Shown here in pieces: positions 22,756-27,953 of a stretch of 27,953 nucleotides of DNA. The position numbers and the translations under genes are program-made. Under the pieces are notes generated by a model that saw only the letters and a program-made list of their open reading frames with translations, searched no databases and was not told where the DNA came from. The stretch spans positions 434,001 through 461,953 of the forward strand of contig JAMDHS010000005.1 in assembly GCA_029717555.1 (NCBI GenBank), written 5' to 3'. Within the stretch, counting starts at the first letter, position 1; each line of letters starts with the position of its first letter. Source of the stretch: Peribolospora baueri. Its lineage: Eukaryota.

Positions 22756-25700
22756 ATGTCTGCCGTCCTTCCCCACGCCTCCGCGAGCGAGCCTGACCTC
22801 AATAGCCATGACAGCGCCAACGGTGGCCGGCACACCCTCCAAGCCGCCTCCTCGTCCGCCGCCGGACTGCAGCACTCTACCCGTCACTTCTCCGACTCCT
22901 TCCACATCGGCTCGAAAGTCCCCCCGCTGGTCGACCTGGACGACATGCTTACCCACCTCCGCTTCCTTGCCGAGCTCGACAGGATAGGCAAATGCGTGCG
23001 CGCCGCTGGCCCGCACACTCGCGGCGGCGCCGAGGCCAATCTCGATGGCCTCCCGCCGCCATACGAAGCTTCGCCACAGACAACGGGCGAGGAGAGGGAG
23101 CACCGTTTCTCCGTCTACCTCGCCCGAGCCGTTTACCGCTTTGGCCTCTTCGTCTCCCGCATCGTTCCCGTCCTCCCTACCATGTCTCCCTCCGGCATTC
23201 CCGAAGGACCCTCCCCGGACGAGGTAGCCGAGAGACCACGGGCCCAGGCTCAGTCCTCATCCCCTCCTCGACCGTTCCCAGCCGACGTCGTCCCGCCCAA
23301 AGATGTCCTGATGGTCTGGCAATCCTACCTCCTTAACCCGCACGTCATGTTCGAGGACGCATGGCGCTCCGCCTGGTTCCTTCGCGCCGACAAGCAGGCA
23401 CGGATCACCAAGCTCTCTAATGAACAGCGCAACTTTAGGGTCGGGTTGAGCAACCTTTGGTTTTATGCCTTCCCGTTCCACGCTCTCGTGAGTTTGCTCG
23501 CGCGCTGCCCGGAGGCTGGCGTGCATGGACCCTCACTCACTTGGCTTTCTCGCCCTCGACCGACAGAAGGACATGCTCACCTCACCACCCTCGGCGGCCC
23601 GCGTCAACGTCTGGAATACCCTCACCGGAGAACCCTTCGACCTCCCCTTCTTCACCCCGCAAGACGCCCTTGCCTTCACACTCCCTTGTCCCTGCTGCGC
23701 CGAGACCTTTCAACCGCCTTGGACCACCTCGACCGACGGCAAAGGCAAAGGTTGGGCCGACAAGGACTTTAAGATGACCTGCATATATTGCTGGCAGCGA
23801 ATCGATAAGGACACCCTTGCTGGCGCGGTTTGGACGACCGATTACAAGAACTATATCAAGACCCGACCCGACCCGGCAAAGGTCAACGAAGGAGCCCCTT
23901 ATCCTGGAGTGACCTGCGATGCTCCTTCGTGCGGCTCTCCTATCCGTGGCTGGCGCTTCAAGTGTCTTCGTTGCAGAGATTATGATTTGGTAAGTGCTTT
24001 CTCCCGTCGTGTGCTGGATTATACGTTTGTAGCGGTCGTCTAACCGCTTGAATTTATGTTGACCGACCAGTGCTCGGAGCATTACGACTCGCGAGCCTAC
24101 TTTCACGATCATCTGCACGTGTTCGCAAAGTATGACCATCCTCTGGCGAAGCCCCAGACACCGTGTGATTCTGCAACGTCCCCGCTTGTTAGCCAAGTGC
24201 CCTCAGCTATTACACAACACCGGTTGTACAAACTGGATGATAGCTTGGTGTTCAAGTGAGCGTCTTGCCAGTAGTGTCCGTCTGCTCGCGCCTTTGTGTC
24301 CCTTCGGCGCCGGTATGCGACAAGGGTGAGGTCGGAACGCTCATTATTCCCACCCGGCTCCTCTCTGCGCCTCCCTTTGGCAGTGGTCTGCTCCTGTCAC
24401 ATCCAAAGGGCAATCCGGTCCCCGCAGAAGCCGAATTCTTCCAAAAGGACATGTTCCGCCGACTCGTCGCGTACGTCGCCGACTTTCGTCCCGGCGGCGA
24501 CGTCGACGAGTGGGTTCGCTCCGAGAGATATTCGCTCTCGTCCATCAGCGAGACGTTGCTCAACCTTGCCTGCACGATCGGAGGACCGTCCAAACTGAAA
24601 TTTGGTGAAAGGGTCCCTGAACCGGCTAATGTCGATCCTACACTCCACATCTCTGCGATGCGGAGGGTGAGCTGTGTCGTACGGAGGTACAAGAGCTCTT
24701 GGGAAGGGCCGTGGGGTTTGGAGCTGTCTGGGGCCGTGCGGAGGCAGACCAAGTTTGTGCACGAGATGGTCTCCCTGGGTTGGGCGAATCCGGCTCGGCT
24801 CGATCGAGGCGAGGACGAGGCGGCGGTGGCGAGGGCGGTGGTGCGGTACCACGCCTTCCTCGACCTCATGGCCTCTACGATGAAGCACAAGTTTTGCGTG
24901 CCAACCCTGGATATTGACCTCGCTTGGCATACCCACCAACTCTTGGGTAGGACGTACAGAGGCGACACGGAGGCGTATCTGCGCAGGGTGAGCTCGACCC
25001 GACCCGACACAACACGGATCCACAGGGGCGCATCGCATCGACGGCGAGACTGACCGGTGAATCGCACCACCCGTGTCTCCCTTGTCGCGCAGTTCATCGA
25101 TCACGACGATAAGGTGGAGGAGGGCAGCCTGAGCAAGTCTTTCGAGGCCACCGCCAAGGCTTGGAGGGTGAGTCTCGCCGTCCGTTTTCGTCTCCGTCCC
25201 AACCTAGGCCGCACGTGAGCAGCTCCCGAGGTCTGACCCATCCCGCCCCGACCATCTGTCCCTCCGCGCCGTCGTGCAGTCACGCTTCAAACAACCGTAC
25301 TCCCTCTGCGGCTGTCACATACCGGCGACGGTGGGCGACGACGTGGCAAAAGCATTCCGCGCCCTGGGCTCCAAGGTGAAACGCCGTCTGCCGAGCGTCG
25401 GCGGCGGAGCTGCCGACGACGAGTCTCCCGAGTACCATCCCGACAACAAGCGCTACGGTAGCGGTTATGACGACGCGACGCACCCGTCAGTGCACTCCTC
25501 TGTGCACATTTCGTCGGCCCAAAGTCTCGAAGCTCGGAGGGACGACCGTATTAGGCGGTACGAGGTGCAAAATAGGATGAACCAGCGGAGGAGGGACCAC
25601 GAGGATCCGTTCCTTATGGGCTACGCCTATTTCCCCCCTTACTACCTTTACCCTTACCCGTACGTCGACTCTGGCCTCGAGCCATTCTACTACTGCGGCT

Positions 25701-25993
25701 CCACCATCGATGGCTCCCAATCCACCGCGGGCTCCTGCGCAGCAGGCGCCGGCCCGACGGGCGCGGGCGCGTGCGTGTCCGGCGGCGCGATGACCAGCTC
25801 TAGCGCGGCGTGCTCGAGCGGCTCGGGCGGGTGCGCGTCGGGAACGAGTACGAGTGCGTGCGGGGGCGGTGCCACCGGGTGTGGCGGTGGGAGCGGAGGC
25901 GGGGTTGGGTTTTGTGGAGGCGGAGGCGGAGGAGGATGTGGTGGCGGGGGGGGATGTGGTGGAGGCTGCGGCGGAGGCGGATGTGGCGGATGA
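22756..25993 (+). CDS. DUF1399/GRDP (glycine-rich domain) protein with an internal ZZ zinc finger and a Cys/Gly-rich tail
   Basis: Exons 22756-23487, 23567-23989, 24071-24255, 24384-24987, 25093-25167, 25280-25993. DUF1399 motifs: HLRFL, ARAVYRF, PPKDVLMVWQSYLLNP, AVRRQTKFVHEM, RAVVRYHAFLDLM, VPTLDIDLAWHTHQL, FIDHDDKVEE, PYSLCGC. ZZ motif CDAPSC...RFKCLRCRDYDLC. The tail ends GCGGGCGGGGCGG*. Confidence 0.9.
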
Positions 25994-27223
25994 TGGACCG
26001 GTACGAACGAACAATCGAGGAACTCGAAGACGTCGGCCACACCTCGCGCGATTCGTTTGAGCAGCGACTGTAGAGAATGCATACCCTGTCTCCTTGCTCC
26101 GCTTTACTGCACTTATCTCCCCGTCAGACGGACACTCCCGTGCGAACGAAACCCAACCTCACCTGGGTATCATCCATTTCATCTCCTCCGTCTGATTAAG
26201 GTACTGATTTAGGAAGAGAAGGCGGGCCAGCCACCAAGCTTATACGCTCCACGAGGAGGAAAACTCTGTAAAACAACACGACAAAGGGTAACAAGAAGCC
26301 TGCTCAGCTCGACCGTCCCTCCCCAACCTTAGCCTTTGCACGCATGCAAACGGCGACAGCGTAAGTGCTCAGAGGCCTTTACCGCATCGCCTATTATGGG
26401 AAAAAAAAATCTCACTGGTCCCCAACGCCTTAACTACCCTCCTCAGGCCTTTGCCCACCCCCTCCGCCTCGGCGTCCTCCAAGTCCTCCGGTGTCTCACC
26501 GGCATGACAAGCGCTTGGTCCCCGGCGAATGGGGAGGATACCAAGAAAAGCATAGACGTGCGCATCAGCGTAGAGTTGCGCGAGAGGGAAGGCTGGCGCT
26601 CGGCGGGGACGAGGGCACAGAAGGTGCAGTCTGGATCGGGGCTCGGCAGATCTCTGACTGTCGCGTCGCATCACATCATATCGCACGGCGAGGAGGGAAA
26701 GAGGAGGAGGACATGCGGTCGCGTCGCTTCGAATCTGCTCCATACTCCGTCTCATGCTCGTCATCCCTTTGCTTTGCTTTGCCCAGCGCCGCCCCGCAAA
26801 AGCAAACCTCGAAATGATCTTCGCCCATCGTCCAAAACGGTGACAACAGCGGCGATGACCGCCCGCCGTCGCCATTCTCTTACGAGTGCCCGCGACGGTC
26901 TGGTCTGCTGCTACCCCCCGAACGATCAGTGTTCCGTGTACATGGTATGGAATAGATGGTAGGAGGAGAGAAATGCCGTATTCCCTACCAGGGGCGAGGA
27001 TGAGACTATATATCGTGGTACGCACATGCATTGTAATTCGGGAGACAGCTGGGACGTGTGGGAGCAAGTCGCATGCTACGGTGACGCTGTGATCGGCAGA
27101 GGACAGACAGGACCTGCTTGCGTCGGGCGAAGCATGTATCTTCTAGCCAGCGTCGATGCAACCAAACCAATCTAAAAACACCGGGCGACACACCACCCGA
27201 TCGGAAAGACGAGACCGCTCCGC

Positions 27224-27847
27224 TCACTTTTCAGCGCCCTCGACGCTCTTCAAATACTCCTCGTGCAGCTTTGCCTGCGCCTCCTGCAGCTTGGCCAACT
27301 TCTTCCTCAACCCCTTGCTCAGCTCCTCGCCCTTGGCGTCGAGCGTCGGAACACCCTGTTCGTCGAAAGCTTGATAGCCGTCCTGATTGTGAGGCGGTTT
27401 GAACATCTCTTGAGGCGGCACCTTGCTCTTCTCCAGCTTCTCTCGCCGCTTCGCCTCCGCCGCCGCCGCCGCCGCCGCCTTCTTCGCCGCCTTCTCGGCC
27501 GCCGCAGCTCGGGCCGCTTCGCGAGCTCGGATGAGCTCCTCGGCAGAGACGAGCCTGACGAGCGCCTTGCCGTCTGGAACCGACGAAAGGGGAGATGTGC
27601 GTTGATGGGCGGACAGAATGAAACGGGAACGTCGTTGTGAGCGGGCGCAAGCGAGTTTGGGCCCAGCGCGCAACCACTCACCGGCCTGATCATCGAGCGC
27701 GACACCCAACTCGACCATGTCTTCGTCTCGCAGCCGGTCCGCAAGGGCCAACAGCTCCTGATGCGGCGCGCGAGCGAGCGCAAGTCGCCTCACATCGTCA
27801 CGGAAGGAGGAGAGAGCAGCAAGGTACGGCATCAAGACGGACTCGCG
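27224..27847 (-). CDS. CARS1: Cytosolic cysteinyl-tRNA synthetase, last two exons (gene continues beyond the window)
   Basis: Exons 27847-27682 and 27573-27224 read RESVLMPYLAALSSFRDDVR...LLALADRLRDEDMVELGVALDDQA|DGKALV...KVPPQEMFK...FDEQGVPTLDAKGEELSKGLRKKLAK, the characteristic eukaryotic CysRS C-terminus. 27848-27953 looks intronic. Confidence 0.9.
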   Translation of the reverse strand, partial: RESVLMPYLAALSSFRDDVRRLALARAPHQELLALADRLRDEDMVELGVALDDQAGEWLRAGPKLACARSQRRSRFILSAHQRTSPLSSVPDGKALVRLVSAEELIRAREAARAAAAEKAAKKAAAAAAAEAKRREKLEKSKVPPQEMFKPPHNQDGYQAFDEQGVPTLDAKGEELSKGLRKKLAKLQEAQAKLHEEYLKSVEGAEK

Positions 27848-27953
27848 CTGTAGGCAGAGAGGACAGGACGGGTAGAAAAGAGTACCGGTGGGTCAGTGAG
27901 TCTCGCGTGTGCCAAATGCAGGCCCACCGGGCGAGAACGAAGAATGAAAAAAA

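Noticed and set aside
22451..26082. Long antisense and alternate-frame ORFs over the GRDP gene (e.g. 24252-25097, and the poly-Pro ORF 25690-26082), and similar shadows over FOL3, MCM7 and the transporter
   Set aside because: Expected shadows of GC-rich coding sequence. The poly-Pro ORF is the reverse complement of the Gly codons.
26336..27067. 208-aa (+) and 232-aa (-) ORFs
   Set aside because: Non-ATG starts, no family motifs, and they read through intron-like sequence.

Overview
Gene-dense, GC-rich eukaryotic DNA with many short spliceosomal introns (GTGAGT/GTAAGT donors, GCTGAC-type branch points, YAG acceptors), most consistent with a basidiomycete fungus (inference from intron style and gene content). 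Manual splicing supports nine complete protein-coding genes and one partial: OGG1 (-), a DOMON + cytochrome b561 protein (-), a folC-family/FOL3-like synthase (-), SF3b14/SF3B6 (+), BCKDH E1-beta (-), an EBPL-type EXPERA membrane protein (+), MCM7 (+), a UDP-galactose-type nucleotide-sugar transporter (+), a DUF1399/GRDP protein (+), and the 3' end of cysteinyl-tRNA synthetase (-). Several features are hidden from the ORF track. These are a 5'-truncated, frameshifted but intron-bearing Mn-CDF (MTP-type) transporter relic, two microexons (8 nt and 14 nt) and a possible decayed Myb/SANT-like gene. The most unusual element is the DUF1399/GRDP protein, which carries an intron-split ZZ zinc finger retaining the p62-type N-degron-pocket aspartates, two PPxY motifs and a 12-Cys glycine-rich tail. 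I found no rRNA, tRNA, CRISPR array, transposase or biosynthetic gene cluster. All family assignments rest on motif recognition, not database searches.
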